DNA of 64,000 nt, taken from contig JAZLES010000008.1 of the NCBI GenBank assembly GCA_045615385.1, positions 2,601 through 66,600 of the forward strand, given 5' to 3'. The translations under genes and the position numbers were made by a program. The stretch is from Candidatus Nanosyncoccus sp. (lineage in GTDB: Bacteria > Patescibacteriota > Saccharimonadia > Saccharimonadales > Saccharimonadaceae). The notes under the pieces are model-generated. The model saw only the letters and a list, made by a program, of their open reading frames with translations, did not search any database and had not been told where the DNA came from. How positions within the stretch are numbered: position 1 is the first letter of the stretch; each line of letters opens with the position of its first letter. Below, piece after piece: positions 47,269-57,375 of this stretch.

Positions 47269-48366
47269 CTATTTCTCCTTTTTTAAACCATCCAACCTAT
47301 CCGACAAATCAACAAATTTCTCGTAAGCATCATCTAAGAATACATTAATATAGTTTTGTTGCCGATAACCATAATTAACCTTCAAATAAAAATTCTTCAA
47401 CAATAACTTAGTCCTTTTCTTAATCTTATAGAACAAATTATAGTATGCAATTTCCCGTACTGAATTTTCTACTTTTCGGTTCAACGGTTTATACTTATCG
47501 TAATACTGATTGATAAAATCTTTTCCTAGCACCATAATCTTCTTATGATACTTTCTCGCTGAATGATTATACGAAAACCAAAAACTCTCCACAAATTGCG
47601 CCCAGGCCAAATCCTTATGCCTCTCCAAAAAACCATTTTCCTTGTAAAACTTAAACAATTTCTCCGCAATTAGTAAATGATCCGGAGAATACAAATCTTT
47701 ATCAAAAAACTCCGACATAATTGAACCTTCATGACGAATATACTTATATAATTTACGGTTCAAATAATAACAAGTTTTTGCCACACTCATATATGCATTG
47801 TAAAAATAATAATCTTCGTTGTTTAATTTTTCAGGAAAATCAATCTTAAATTTTTGGATTAAATCCATCCTAAAAATCTTATTACATACCGAAGCATCCG
47901 TTTTTCTAATTATATTTTCATCAATATAATTTTTCCCATAAAACTTCAGCCTGTAATATGCCTCATCACTATTTTTAATTTCCGAATGCGCCTCATATTC
48001 TGTCGTAATTCCACACACGGCAAGATCTGTCTCATATTCTTCCAGTGCCTTCACCATCTTCTCGCACATCGTTAAATCATATTTATCATCCGAATCACAA
48101 AACATCACATAAGGAGAAGAGACCTTTTTTAATCCCTTATTCCTAGCTATAGAGCGTCCGCCATTTTGCTGATTCACTACTATAATACGACTATCTTTCT
48201 TTCTATATTCTTCCAAAATTTCCAGTGAACCATCCGTCGAACCGTCATTTACACAAATTATCTCAATATCTTTCAACGTCTGTTTGAGTAAACTATCCAG
48301 ACATATACCAACGTATTTCTCAACATTGTAAACTGGCACAATCACACTTACTTTACTTTTTTTCAT
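47269..48366 (-). CDS. GT2 glycosyltransferase
   Basis: SVIVPVYN, VNDGSTD, FCDSDD, NEDY. Confidence 0.9.
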   Translation of the reverse strand: MKKSKVSVIVPVYNVEKYVGICLDSLLKQTLKDIEIICVNDGSTDGSLEILEEYRKKDSRIIVVNQQNGGRSIARNKGLKKVSSPYVMFCDSDDKYDLTMCEKMVKALEEYETDLAVCGITTEYEAHSEIKNSDEAYYRLKFYGKNYIDENIIRKTDASVCNKIFRMDLIQKFKIDFPEKLNNEDYYFYNAYMSVAKTCYYLNRKLYKYIRHEGSIMSEFFDKDLYSPDHLLIAEKLFKFYKENGFLERHKDLAWAQFVESFWFSYNHSARKYHKKIMVLGKDFINQYYDKYKPLNRKVENSVREIAYYNLFYKIKKRTKLLLKNFYLKVNYGYRQQNYINVFLDDAYEKFVDLSDRLDGLKKEK

Positions 48367-49510
48367 TTTCTTCCTCTAATTTAGCTTCAATTTCCGAAAT
48401 TTTCACCGACAACTCACCTTGAACTTCGTTTAGCTTTTCAATTGTCTTTATTGTTTCTAACCTCTGCTTATACCTAGGAGAGATTACCCTTAACGCTTTC
48501 GAGGCTGCCGGTTTGACAGAATTTCTCAAATCATGTAATGGCCTCAAAAAAACATACATTTTAGGATGACGAATCGCAATTAACTTACTATTATATTTGC
48601 CTACCTCATCTAACTTCTTAACGTCCAAATACCCGCCAGCCTTTGCCCGCCCATAATCGCTCTTCACAACTTTCGTAAAAGCCATTGCAGGCTTAAACTT
48701 CAACCTATGCATATTCCAAATATAACCACCAAATCTACATGTGAAAACTAACGGTCCCAACTCTTCCATCAATCCGCGCTCACCCAAATATCTTTCAATT
48801 TCATCGTATTCTTCCTTTACACAATAAATCTTTCCTGCATCCTTCACAGAAGAATTGGAATTATCTTGGCGATAATGTAGAAATGCTCTCTGTACAAAAA
48901 ACACTCTCCTCGCCATCGCCCAAATCTTGAAATTAAAACCGGTATCTTGATACGATGCTCCTGGAGTCGGCAAAAACCTTATCTCATTCGAGTTCAAAAA
49001 CTCACGCCTATAAATCGCTGCCCAAATACAAGGTGGCTGATAAAAAATCTGATGCTCCTCCCTCGGATCAATCACCCTACCAATTTCACTCACTGGGAAC
49101 AAATTACTTACTCCTCTGTCAGTTTTTGTATCACCAAAGTATTCATAAAAATTGCTTTTCACTACTTCCACATTTTCAGTTTTTGCTATTTTGTAGAGCT
49201 TCTCGAATGCATCCAAATCAATAAAATCATCCGATTCAACAATCCCAACATACTCACCCGTAGCTTTTTCAAGCCCCCGATTCATCGAATCTCCATAACC
49301 AGAATTCTTTTTATTAATAATCACGATACGTTTATCTTTATCCGCATACCTTTTTATGATATTCAGCGAATCATCCTTAGAACCGTCATTAATACATATT
49401 ATTTCAATCTCCTTCAGAGTCTGATTCACCAGACTATCTAAACATTCCGGCAAAAATTCTTCCACATTATATATCGGCACCAACACCGACACTTTCACTC
49501 TACTACTCAT
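48353..49510 (-). CDS. GT2 glycosyltransferase
   Basis: SVLVPIYN, INDGSKD, IVESDD, YQDTGF. Confidence 0.9.
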   Translation of the reverse strand: MSSRVKVSVLVPIYNVEEFLPECLDSLVNQTLKEIEIICINDGSKDDSLNIIKRYADKDKRIVIINKKNSGYGDSMNRGLEKATGEYVGIVESDDFIDLDAFEKLYKIAKTENVEVVKSNFYEYFGDTKTDRGVSNLFPVSEIGRVIDPREEHQIFYQPPCIWAAIYRREFLNSNEIRFLPTPGASYQDTGFNFKIWAMARRVFFVQRAFLHYRQDNSNSSVKDAGKIYCVKEEYDEIERYLGERGLMEELGPLVFTCRFGGYIWNMHRLKFKPAMAFTKVVKSDYGRAKAGGYLDVKKLDEVGKYNSKLIAIRHPKMYVFLRPLHDLRNSVKPAASKALRVISPRYKQRLETIKTIEKLNEVQGELSVKISEIEAKLEEENEKK

Positions 49511-49518
49511 AAATACAA

Positions 49519-51507
49519 TTATAACACTTCTTCTAAATCTTTTCTAACAATACACAGATTATAATCACTACTTGTATCTTCTTCTGTTCTAATACACCAA
49601 TTTCCATTATCATCTTCTACCTTTGTAACAAAATTTAGAATTGTTCCTTTTTTTACATAATCACCTTTTTCTAAAGTTTGAGGATTTACATAATATGTAT
49701 CTCTTATAATTCGCATTTTACGTGGCGCTGATGCTGGTATATAGGCCTCCACCTCTTTTAAATCAGCACGCTCTATACACTTATTATTATCACTTTTCGT
49801 ATCGCTCTCCGTTCTAATACACCAATTTCCGTTTGAATTAACGACTTTAGTATCAAAACTTAAAATTTTATTTTTTCGCACTAATTCGCCCTTTTCCCTA
49901 GTATACGGTATCGTATAATACACATCCCTCACAACCTGCATTTTACGCGGTGAAAGCACAGGTAAGTATTTATCGGCTTCATCCAAACTACTACGTTCTA
50001 TACATACATTATTGTTATTATCCGTATCACTCTTTGTTCTGATACACCAATTCCCGTCGGCATCTTTAATTTTAGTCACAAATAATAGCACTGTATCTTT
50101 CTTTACTTGCCCACCTTTTTCCATAATCTGTGGAATAATATAATTTGTATCTTCTGTTACTCTCATGTATCTCGACGTTACCACTTTTTCATATATTATT
50201 TCATCAATACTCTTTGCTGAAATACCTATTTCTGAACCATTATTTGCATCATATTCAGTAATATAATAAACATCATCATTAAACGTCGCCTTCTTCAAAA
50301 ACCTTTTAATCAATTTTTTATCGTAAGAAGTAATCTTTTCACCAGTTCTAATGTTAATCTTTATAGCTCCAGGTTTTATCACCTTTTCCTGCTCCGATTC
50401 CGAAATACTTTCAAAAGTTATTTTTACTTCATCCAAATCCTCCCTCTTAATACAACGATTCCTATTATTATTTGTGTCCTCTGCGGTTCTTATACACCAT
50501 TTATCCTCTTTATCAACTATTTTCGTAGAAAATTTTAAAATTGTTCCTTTCTTAACAGAAACATCATTCATGCCAGAATTTGGATTAATATAATAAGTAT
50601 CCTTAATGACTATCATATATCGTGGCGTCACAACATCGCTATAAGATGCATCATCAATAATCCCCCCAAACCAATCTTCAAAATACAAATAAAAATTCCT
50701 ATTTCCATATGCCCCACAATATGCAGTACCATATCCAGCCGCAAGCGCTCCATCATTCGGTTGGTATGGCGTATATCTATATAAAGCCGAAGTTGCCAAA
50801 CTCTTTATATTTACCACCGACCCCCCACATCCTGCATTCGGATTATATTGAATATAATTATTCCCTAACGGATAATTTGTCCAACCACCATCTAATACTG
50901 TTCTGAACAAAGCCGCTGCTTTTCTTACTTGGTTCTTAAACCCGTAATATTCTGCATTACATGGCGCCGTATCCGGACAACCATATCCCGTTGCCGAACG
51001 GAACTGACGATCATTCGGCCAAGAATCTGTAATCAGGCTCTGCTCTTTTTGTAACAAAACTATTAAAACTTGTGGGTTAATTTTATAATCCTGCGCCGCA
51101 CGATAAATAATATGTGCCGCTGAATTCCCATCAGGAGCATCATCGCCATAACTTGTCCCTTCTCCGAAAGTCTCCTCCGCGAGACAAACAAAATGCCCAT
51201 CTTTTATATGATATGAATAACTCGTATATTGATCCGCTAAATAAGTTCTCGTATCCCGACAGTTTCCTTTTGCCAACAAAAATGCCTGTATCTCTGCTTC
51301 ATCCATGGATTTATAATTCCCCATCTGATAATCCGAAATAATATATCCAGGATCAAAACTAGCCAAACTTGCTGCTTCTACCCCCTCATTATCTTTGAAC
51401 TTTTGTGTCATAAAACTGAATAAAAACATCGCCACAAAAATACCACCTAAAAGATACCAAATTCTCTTATCTGTTCGACGCGCTTGTTTTTGTCTAACGG
51501 CCATCAT
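49519..51507 (-). CDS. Membrane-anchored surface protein: putative lysozyme-like domain plus five SH3/GW-like repeats
   Basis: N-terminal TM; FDPGYIISD...INPQVLIVLLQKEQSL...GYGCPDTAPC; repeats PRxM...WCIRT...C. Confidence 0.7.
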   Translation of the reverse strand: MMAVRQKQARRTDKRIWYLLGGIFVAMFLFSFMTQKFKDNEGVEAASLASFDPGYIISDYQMGNYKSMDEAEIQAFLLAKGNCRDTRTYLADQYTSYSYHIKDGHFVCLAEETFGEGTSYGDDAPDGNSAAHIIYRAAQDYKINPQVLIVLLQKEQSLITDSWPNDRQFRSATGYGCPDTAPCNAEYYGFKNQVRKAAALFRTVLDGGWTNYPLGNNYIQYNPNAGCGGSVVNIKSLATSALYRYTPYQPNDGALAAGYGTAYCGAYGNRNFYLYFEDWFGGIIDDASYSDVVTPRYMIVIKDTYYINPNSGMNDVSVKKGTILKFSTKIVDKEDKWCIRTAEDTNNNRNRCIKREDLDEVKITFESISESEQEKVIKPGAIKINIRTGEKITSYDKKLIKRFLKKATFNDDVYYITEYDANNGSEIGISAKSIDEIIYEKVVTSRYMRVTEDTNYIIPQIMEKGGQVKKDTVLLFVTKIKDADGNWCIRTKSDTDNNNNVCIERSSLDEADKYLPVLSPRKMQVVRDVYYTIPYTREKGELVRKNKILSFDTKVVNSNGNWCIRTESDTKSDNNKCIERADLKEVEAYIPASAPRKMRIIRDTYYVNPQTLEKGDYVKKGTILNFVTKVEDDNGNWCIRTEEDTSSDYNLCIVRKDLEEVL
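49522..50643 (-). repeat. Five intragenic repeats of about 75 aa (four with a WCIRT-x-C cysteine pair)
   Basis: PRYMIV, (degenerate), SRYMRV, PRKMQV, PRKMRI units each ending in L-x-E-V/A/I. Confidence 0.85.
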
Positions 51508-52037
51508 ATTTCTAGATTCCCCCTTATCGTTCCCATCTTATCACTTGTTTCAACCTTTATAATTATTTCATAAGTACCACTGCTAAGTTCGCTCAGAGAA
51601 AAATCAAAGCCTTCACAAGTAGCCGTTGAAGCAGAATTTACTATATTAGCCACATCTTGATAAACAACCGTCCCACCAGACATTAAATCTAATTTACAGC
51701 TTCCCCCACTTAAATATTGATCAATATTTACCCTAATCATCACCTTATTATCGACTACTCCAGCATATGTCACCACACCAGAAAGCTCTTCTGCTTCATT
51801 TGGGTCTTCACCATCATATTGCTCAACCTTCTTATCATCCCCTTTAATTACCCCATCATCCTCCACTATAACTTCATCCTCAACTTGCTCTGAAGTTTCC
51901 GTCTCCGTCCTTTCATCATCCTTCTGATCATTAAAATAATTATCCCACACCAAAAAACAAATTACACCCGCCGCAATCAAAAGCACCAAAAAGATTAACC
52001 GATGTATCCATTTTTTATTTCGTTTTCGTTTAGGCAT
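51504..52037 (-). CDS. Membrane-anchored hypothetical protein (acidic linker, Ig-like beta domain)
   Basis: Basic N-terminus, TM, beta-rich C-terminus with a Cys pair; ATG 52037. Confidence 0.7.
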   Translation of the reverse strand: MPKRKRNKKWIHRLIFLVLLIAAGVICFLVWDNYFNDQKDDERTETETSEQVEDEVIVEDDGVIKGDDKKVEQYDGEDPNEAEELSGVVTYAGVVDNKVMIRVNIDQYLSGGSCKLDLMSGGTVVYQDVANIVNSASTATCEGFDFSLSELSSGTYEIIIKVETSDKMGTIRGNLEI

Positions 52038-52121
52038 AATCGTTTCCCAATTACATTGTAACATTTTTTTATCTTAAGTAAAGACAGCAAATTACATCAA
52101 CTCTGTGCTATAATAATAGCA

Positions 52122-53786
52122 ATGAAAAAAGGTGTATCACATTTTAAAATGCTTCTACCAGCTATGGTGTTATCATTAGCTATCAGTTTTATGTTCCTAA
52201 TTTTTGAGCCCATTTCTCTCTATGCAAACAACATCAATGATTTCTGGTTTGATTTATATGATATGCTTCCTTTACTTATATCAGCATTTATCTTATTCTT
52301 TTTAATATTTTTTGTAGTTCTATCAATCTGTTATTATATTTCTGTAAAACTGTTCAAAAAAAATAATATCTATCATGTCTTGCTATCCATTATTTTTTGT
52401 ATTTTCTTAATAACTTATATCCAAGGCAATTTCCTTGCCGGTTCACTACCAGGCGTCAACGGTGAAGTCTTTAATTGGCGCGACTACAAAACAGAATCAA
52501 TCATATCAATCATTTTATGGTTGGCCATCTTTATAGCTGCTTTCTTTATTATTAAAAAAATCAAATTCTCAAAATTTGTTTCATATATTGCGCCAATCAC
52601 AGGAACAATTCTTGTCATGCTTTTAGTTTCTCTTACCTCATCGCTTCTTACTACCAATGCCTTAGAAGATAAATTTACCGCAAAAGCCACCTTTGATTAC
52701 TATAATCAGGTATCTAACAATCGCAATTTCTTCATCTTCCTAGTTGACGCAATCGATTCTAGATCATTTGACAATCTCCTTAAAGATAATCCCGAATACC
52801 AAGACACCCTTAAAGATTTTACTTATTATCAAGACACCGTATCTTACTATCCCTACACAAGGGATTCAATACCTTACATTTTTTCCCAAATCCCCAATCA
52901 CAATGAAACTGATTTTAGTGACTATTCAAAAATGGCCTTTAGAGATTCCAAAATCCTTAATACTTTAAATGATGATCATTATAATTTATTTTTTTACGAT
53001 AATGACATTATCATAGACCGTGATACTGCTTCTAAACTCAAAAATATCTCTAACAAAACCAAAATTAATCGTGAAAACTTCTTTTTTGAAATCATGCGCT
53101 ATGACCTTTATAAATATCTTCCTTATCCTCTCAAAGGTAAAGCCCATATTGAAAACCTCAGTTTTTGGATTTCCGAACTAGAAGAAGGCAGAGCTGATTT
53201 TGATTGGCGCGATAGAACAAATTATGACATATACAAAAATGAGTCTCTCGAAATTGTAGACGAAAAAGTCTTTCATTTTATCCATCTCGAAGGAGCTCAT
53301 ATTTGGTTTAACCTTGACGAAGACCTCAATCCTATAGATAGAACTGTTGGCACCTATTCTCAAAAACAAATTGCCACCTTTAAAGTCATCCAGGCCTATC
53401 TTGATCGTCTTAAATCATCCGATGCTTATGATAACGCCTCCATAGTAATTATGTCCGACCACGGTTATAAAGACGGGGTATGGGAATATGATTACATTAA
53501 TAATCGCTTTAACCCTATACTATACATTAAAGGCCTAGAAGAAACCCATTCTAAAATGCATCGATCTGATAAACCAATCTCCTTTGAAGATTTAGGAGAT
53601 GCTTTCCAAGAACTATACGAAGGCAAGCCTAGTACAGAATTATTTAGCGATATTTCTTTACCTAGAGACCGCACAATAATATATTATGTCTGGAACAAAG
53701 AAGATCATATGGTAGAAGAAATTCAGACCGGTAAAGCCTGGGACGAAACTACCATCATAGAAACCGGTAATGTCTTTGACCGATAA
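52122..53786 (+). CDS. Polytopic alkaline-phosphatase/sulfatase-fold protein (LtaS/EptA-like phosphotransferase)
   Basis: Five TMs; LVDAIDS, YPYTRDS (catalytic Thr), HLEGAH, MSDHG. Confidence 0.75.
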   Translation: MKKGVSHFKMLLPAMVLSLAISFMFLIFEPISLYANNINDFWFDLYDMLPLLISAFILFFLIFFVVLSICYYISVKLFKKNNIYHVLLSIIFCIFLITYIQGNFLAGSLPGVNGEVFNWRDYKTESIISIILWLAIFIAAFFIIKKIKFSKFVSYIAPITGTILVMLLVSLTSSLLTTNALEDKFTAKATFDYYNQVSNNRNFFIFLVDAIDSRSFDNLLKDNPEYQDTLKDFTYYQDTVSYYPYTRDSIPYIFSQIPNHNETDFSDYSKMAFRDSKILNTLNDDHYNLFFYDNDIIIDRDTASKLKNISNKTKINRENFFFEIMRYDLYKYLPYPLKGKAHIENLSFWISELEEGRADFDWRDRTNYDIYKNESLEIVDEKVFHFIHLEGAHIWFNLDEDLNPIDRTVGTYSQKQIATFKVIQAYLDRLKSSDAYDNASIVIMSDHGYKDGVWEYDYINNRFNPILYIKGLEETHSKMHRSDKPISFEDLGDAFQELYEGKPSTELFSDISLPRDRTIIYYVWNKEDHMVEEIQTGKAWDETTIIETGNVFDR

Positions 53787-53791
53787 AAAGT

Positions 53792-54124
53792 CTATTCGTC
53801 TTCCAAGTCCAAACCTAAAATCTCTGCCGCTTTTTCTAAAACCTTCTTTTCTTCTTCCGTAGCAGTAGTTATCTTCATTTTAAATAATACTACCGTCTCT
53901 TCATGTTTATAGTTTAAAACTTCTAGCGATCTCGCCGCCCCCGGTACTTTTCTCAATACTCCTTTTGAAACTAAATTATCAATATGTTCTGCTACTGCTG
54001 AGACTGAAGAAAGCCCCAACCCTGCCTGAATTTCCCTATAAGAAGGCGAATAACCATTTTCCTCCGTAAAATCCTGTAGAAAATCTAAAACCGCTAATTG
54101 TTTCTTTGTTAACTTTACCGCCAT
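53792..54124 (-). CDS. lexA: LexA-like repressor, DNA-binding domain only
   Basis: LTKKQ...GYSPSYREI...SVSAVAEHIDNLVSKG...ARSL; no Ser-Lys peptidase domain. Confidence 0.8.
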   Translation of the reverse strand: MAVKLTKKQLAVLDFLQDFTEENGYSPSYREIQAGLGLSSVSAVAEHIDNLVSKGVLRKVPGAARSLEVLNYKHEETVVLFKMKITTATEEEKKVLEKAAEILGLDLEDE

Positions 54125-54142
54125 ATGTTATAATTATAAACA

Positions 54143-55789
54143 ATGGAAAAAAATAAATCAATTGATGGGCTTGTATCTCGTCACTCAAAAAAGACGGTTT
54201 CTCAAACTACACCTAAAAAGCCCACCCCAAAATCTTCTAAATCTAAAACTCCTCGTCCTAAAAAAACTACCCCTAAAGCCTCTCTCGAATCCCTTACTAA
54301 TGAACTTAATCCTTCTCCCACTCCAGAAACTCCATCAATACAAAAAACTCCTAACGTTACTGAAGATTTTCTCCAACCTGTCCAAGCCTTTGACTTTGAT
54401 GAAGAAACCGGTGAGCTTAAAGCAGCTCAAACACCTGTAGAAGAATCACCAAAACTCAAAAAGGAGAAAAAGAAGATTTCTAAAAAACGTAAGATTATCA
54501 CTAGTATCATTTTATTCATCGTCCTATTACTAATTGGCGCAGTTATCTGGCTCATCCTCTGGGGCAACGACATTATTGCTAAAATCACCGGTGGACAAGG
54601 CAACGTTCTTAGTCTACTTAATCTCACCAGCGAAACCTATGAACCCCTAAAAACTGACGAAAATGGACGCACTAATATCCTCGCCTTCGGTACTAGTGGC
54701 TATAACATGGATGGCGAAGAAGGTAATGGAGTTCACGATGGCGCCCAACTAACCGACTCTATTATGGTCATTAGCCTCAATCAAGAAACTGGCGATGTCG
54801 CCATGTTATCTCTTCCACGCGACTTAAAAGTCTCTTCTACTTGTACGGCAACCGGTAAAATTAACGAAATCTATTGGTGTAATAACATGGATAACAATGA
54901 TGAACAAGCCGGCGCCGAGGCACTTATGAACGAAGTTGGTACCATCCTCGGTCTTGATTTTCAATATTACGCCCACCTTAACTGGGGCTCACTCGTCCAA
55001 ATCGTTAATACTTTAGATGGAATCAATGTTACTCTAGATGAAGATATCGCCGACTATTATTATACCGGCGCCGTTTTTAACGCCGGAGTCGAATATACTA
55101 TCGACGGCGAACAAGCTCTCGGCCTTGCTCGCGCGAGACACGGTACCACGAGCGGAGATTTTACCCGTGGCGCCAGCCAACAAAAAATCCTCATCGGAAT
55201 TAAAGATAAGATTTTTGAAAAAAATCTTTCCCTTTCTGATATCATGAGTCTCGCATCTACACTAGGCGATAATCTTCGTACCAATTTCTCTCTCGAAGAA
55301 ATGAAAACTCTGGCCCACTTAACCTTTGATTTTGACTTTGACACCATCCGCCAAGTTTCTCTCATCGAGCCAAATCGTCTCATGACTACTGGCGATATTA
55401 ATGGTATTTCTTATGTCTTACCTTCTGGTGGCGCTAATTATTATCTCAAAATTCAAGATTATGTTGCCACAATGTTTTCTAACGATCCTCGTTCCTATGA
55501 AGACTCAACTATCTTAGTCTTAAATGGCGGTGACTTAGCAGGTGTTGCTTCTACCGAAAAAGAACGTCTTGAGGAGGCTGGCTATACCAGTATTTATGTT
55601 GACGATGCTCCAGAAGGTGAATATTCTGAAGGTTATACTCTTTACGCCCTCACCAATTCTGCTCCTGGCACCCAAAAACTCCTTGAAGAAAAATATGAAC
55701 AAACTGCTAAAACCCTCGAAGAATTACCCGAAGGTATCACCACAGACTATGATTTCGTCATTATTATTAACAAAACAGACTATAATTAG
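54143..55789 (+). CDS. LCP (LytR-CpsA-Psr) family glycopolymer-peptidoglycan ligase with a LytR_C domain
   Basis: TM; RTNILAFG, LTDSIMV, SLPRDL, KINE, LARAR, DFTRGASQQ; VLNGG LytR_C. Confidence 0.9.
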   Translation: MEKNKSIDGLVSRHSKKTVSQTTPKKPTPKSSKSKTPRPKKTTPKASLESLTNELNPSPTPETPSIQKTPNVTEDFLQPVQAFDFDEETGELKAAQTPVEESPKLKKEKKKISKKRKIITSIILFIVLLLIGAVIWLILWGNDIIAKITGGQGNVLSLLNLTSETYEPLKTDENGRTNILAFGTSGYNMDGEEGNGVHDGAQLTDSIMVISLNQETGDVAMLSLPRDLKVSSTCTATGKINEIYWCNNMDNNDEQAGAEALMNEVGTILGLDFQYYAHLNWGSLVQIVNTLDGINVTLDEDIADYYYTGAVFNAGVEYTIDGEQALGLARARHGTTSGDFTRGASQQKILIGIKDKIFEKNLSLSDIMSLASTLGDNLRTNFSLEEMKTLAHLTFDFDFDTIRQVSLIEPNRLMTTGDINGISYVLPSGGANYYLKIQDYVATMFSNDPRSYEDSTILVLNGGDLAGVASTEKERLEEAGYTSIYVDDAPEGEYSEGYTLYALTNSAPGTQKLLEEKYEQTAKTLEELPEGITTDYDFVIIINKTDYN

Positions 55790-56256
55790 TTTTCTTCTAT
55801 CTTGCTTATAATTAGTTTTCGCTCACGCCCTTCCCCTTCCGAGTGTGTTTCAATATCCGAATAATCCCCCGCTAACTTATGTACCACCCTTCGGTCCGCC
55901 GCATTTAGATTAATCTCCATCGGCTTTCCCGTTTCTCTAACTTTTTTAATCCATCCTTCTGCTTTTTCTGTAATCCTATCCGCTCTCTGTCTCTTGTAAT
56001 TTGCCACATCAACATTCACCCTAACAATCTCCGCTTCCTTTGAAACTAAAGCCATCGATACAATATGTTGAAGCGCCCTCAAATTATCCGCATTTCGCCC
56101 AATTAAAAGCGAGTTTAATGACGTTGAAGGTACCGATAATTGAATCACCTCATCGTCAATCGTTGAAGAAACTGCTACATTGATGCCAAAAAAGCTCAGC
56201 AAATCCTCCAAATATCGTGCTGCGAACCTTATGGATTCATCTTTATTCATATTCAT
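55786..56256 (-). CDS. jag: Jag/EloR(KhpB)-like KH-R3H RNA-binding protein
   Basis: LLIGRNADNLRALQ (KH), DRRVVH...SEGEGRER (R3H). Confidence 0.85.
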   Translation of the reverse strand: MNMNKDESIRFAARYLEDLLSFFGINVAVSSTIDDEVIQLSVPSTSLNSLLIGRNADNLRALQHIVSMALVSKEAEIVRVNVDVANYKRQRADRITEKAEGWIKKVRETGKPMEINLNAADRRVVHKLAGDYSDIETHSEGEGRERKLIISKIEEN

Positions 56257-57362
56257 CTCCTTTTCTTTTTATTATCTTTCGCGGAGATTCTTGTGATTTT
56301 TGTTCCTGTCTTTTTATTTTCTACCACCTGGGCTTCTTGTATATTTCTAAGTTCTTTTAAGACGGCCTTATCCGTCATGTCGTCAATCTCATTATCAACT
56401 CTTTTCAGCACCATCCTCTGTTGAATAATGGTTATCACGTTACTTAAGAAATAATAAAAGGCTAACGCCCCATTTAAATTGAACATAATAATGAACATCA
56501 TAATTGGCATCATCGCCGACATCTGTCCCGTTGCAAAACTATTCACATCTGAAGTTTCCAAATCCTTACCATTCTTAGCGTCATCAAGTAAATCACGGAA
56601 TTTCTTTTTCTTCTCTGATTTTCCTGAAGGCATCTGTTGTTTTACTGCCCAATATTGAATTACCGAAGCCATCACCGCACAAATCAAAATAAATAATGCA
56701 CTAAAACTAAAGTTTCCCATTAAAACATCGCTAGCTTTTACGTCTAATCTAATCTTTCCAAATAGTTGTGGATGAAAATCATATTCCACTTTTTCCTCAG
56801 CTAGAATTTCGTCATTCTTTAAATCATCTAAATAGATTTCTTGCTTTTCTTCCAGCACACCTATTTCTGATCCCTCATACGCCACAATATCATATGCCCG
56901 ATTCATTAAGTTATCTATCGGCATCGGCGTCGCAATCACCCTAATCGCCGAAAAAATGGCGATAAAAATTGGTAATTGAATACATAAAGTTAAAATCGAA
57001 GCAAACGGTTTGACATTATATCTCTTATAAAGATCCATCGTCTGTAACGATTCTAGCTGTTTATTACCCTTACAATTTTTCTTAATTTGCGTCAGCTCTG
57101 GCTGTAGTTTTCTCATCAATTTAGTCTGATCGAACTGCTTTTTTGTTAGCGGCCACATTAAAAGCTTCACTAAAATTGTAAAGATAATAATAGCTAAACC
57201 AAAGTCGTGTACTAGATTAAAAATTACAAACAAAATGTTTACGATTGGGCGCACTAAAATCATATCAATAAAATTAAAAGGACCACCCGTCATAATTGAG
57301 CCCACTATAAAAGCAATAAAGAGCCCCCAATAAATCTTCTTCTTCACACTCTTTTTATCCAT
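56253..57362 (-). CDS. yidC: Membrane protein insertase YidC (housekeeping)
   Basis: KLLMWPL, KLQPEL, IQLPIF, LAFYYFLSN; canonical rnpA-yidC-jag context. Confidence 0.92.
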   Translation of the reverse strand: MDKKSVKKKIYWGLFIAFIVGSIMTGGPFNFIDMILVRPIVNILFVIFNLVHDFGLAIIIFTILVKLLMWPLTKKQFDQTKLMRKLQPELTQIKKNCKGNKQLESLQTMDLYKRYNVKPFASILTLCIQLPIFIAIFSAIRVIATPMPIDNLMNRAYDIVAYEGSEIGVLEEKQEIYLDDLKNDEILAEEKVEYDFHPQLFGKIRLDVKASDVLMGNFSFSALFILICAVMASVIQYWAVKQQMPSGKSEKKKKFRDLLDDAKNGKDLETSDVNSFATGQMSAMMPIMMFIIMFNLNGALAFYYFLSNVITIIQQRMVLKRVDNEIDDMTDKAVLKELRNIQEAQVVENKKTGTKITRISAKDNKKKRR

Positions 57363-57375
57363 TCCTCTTATTATA

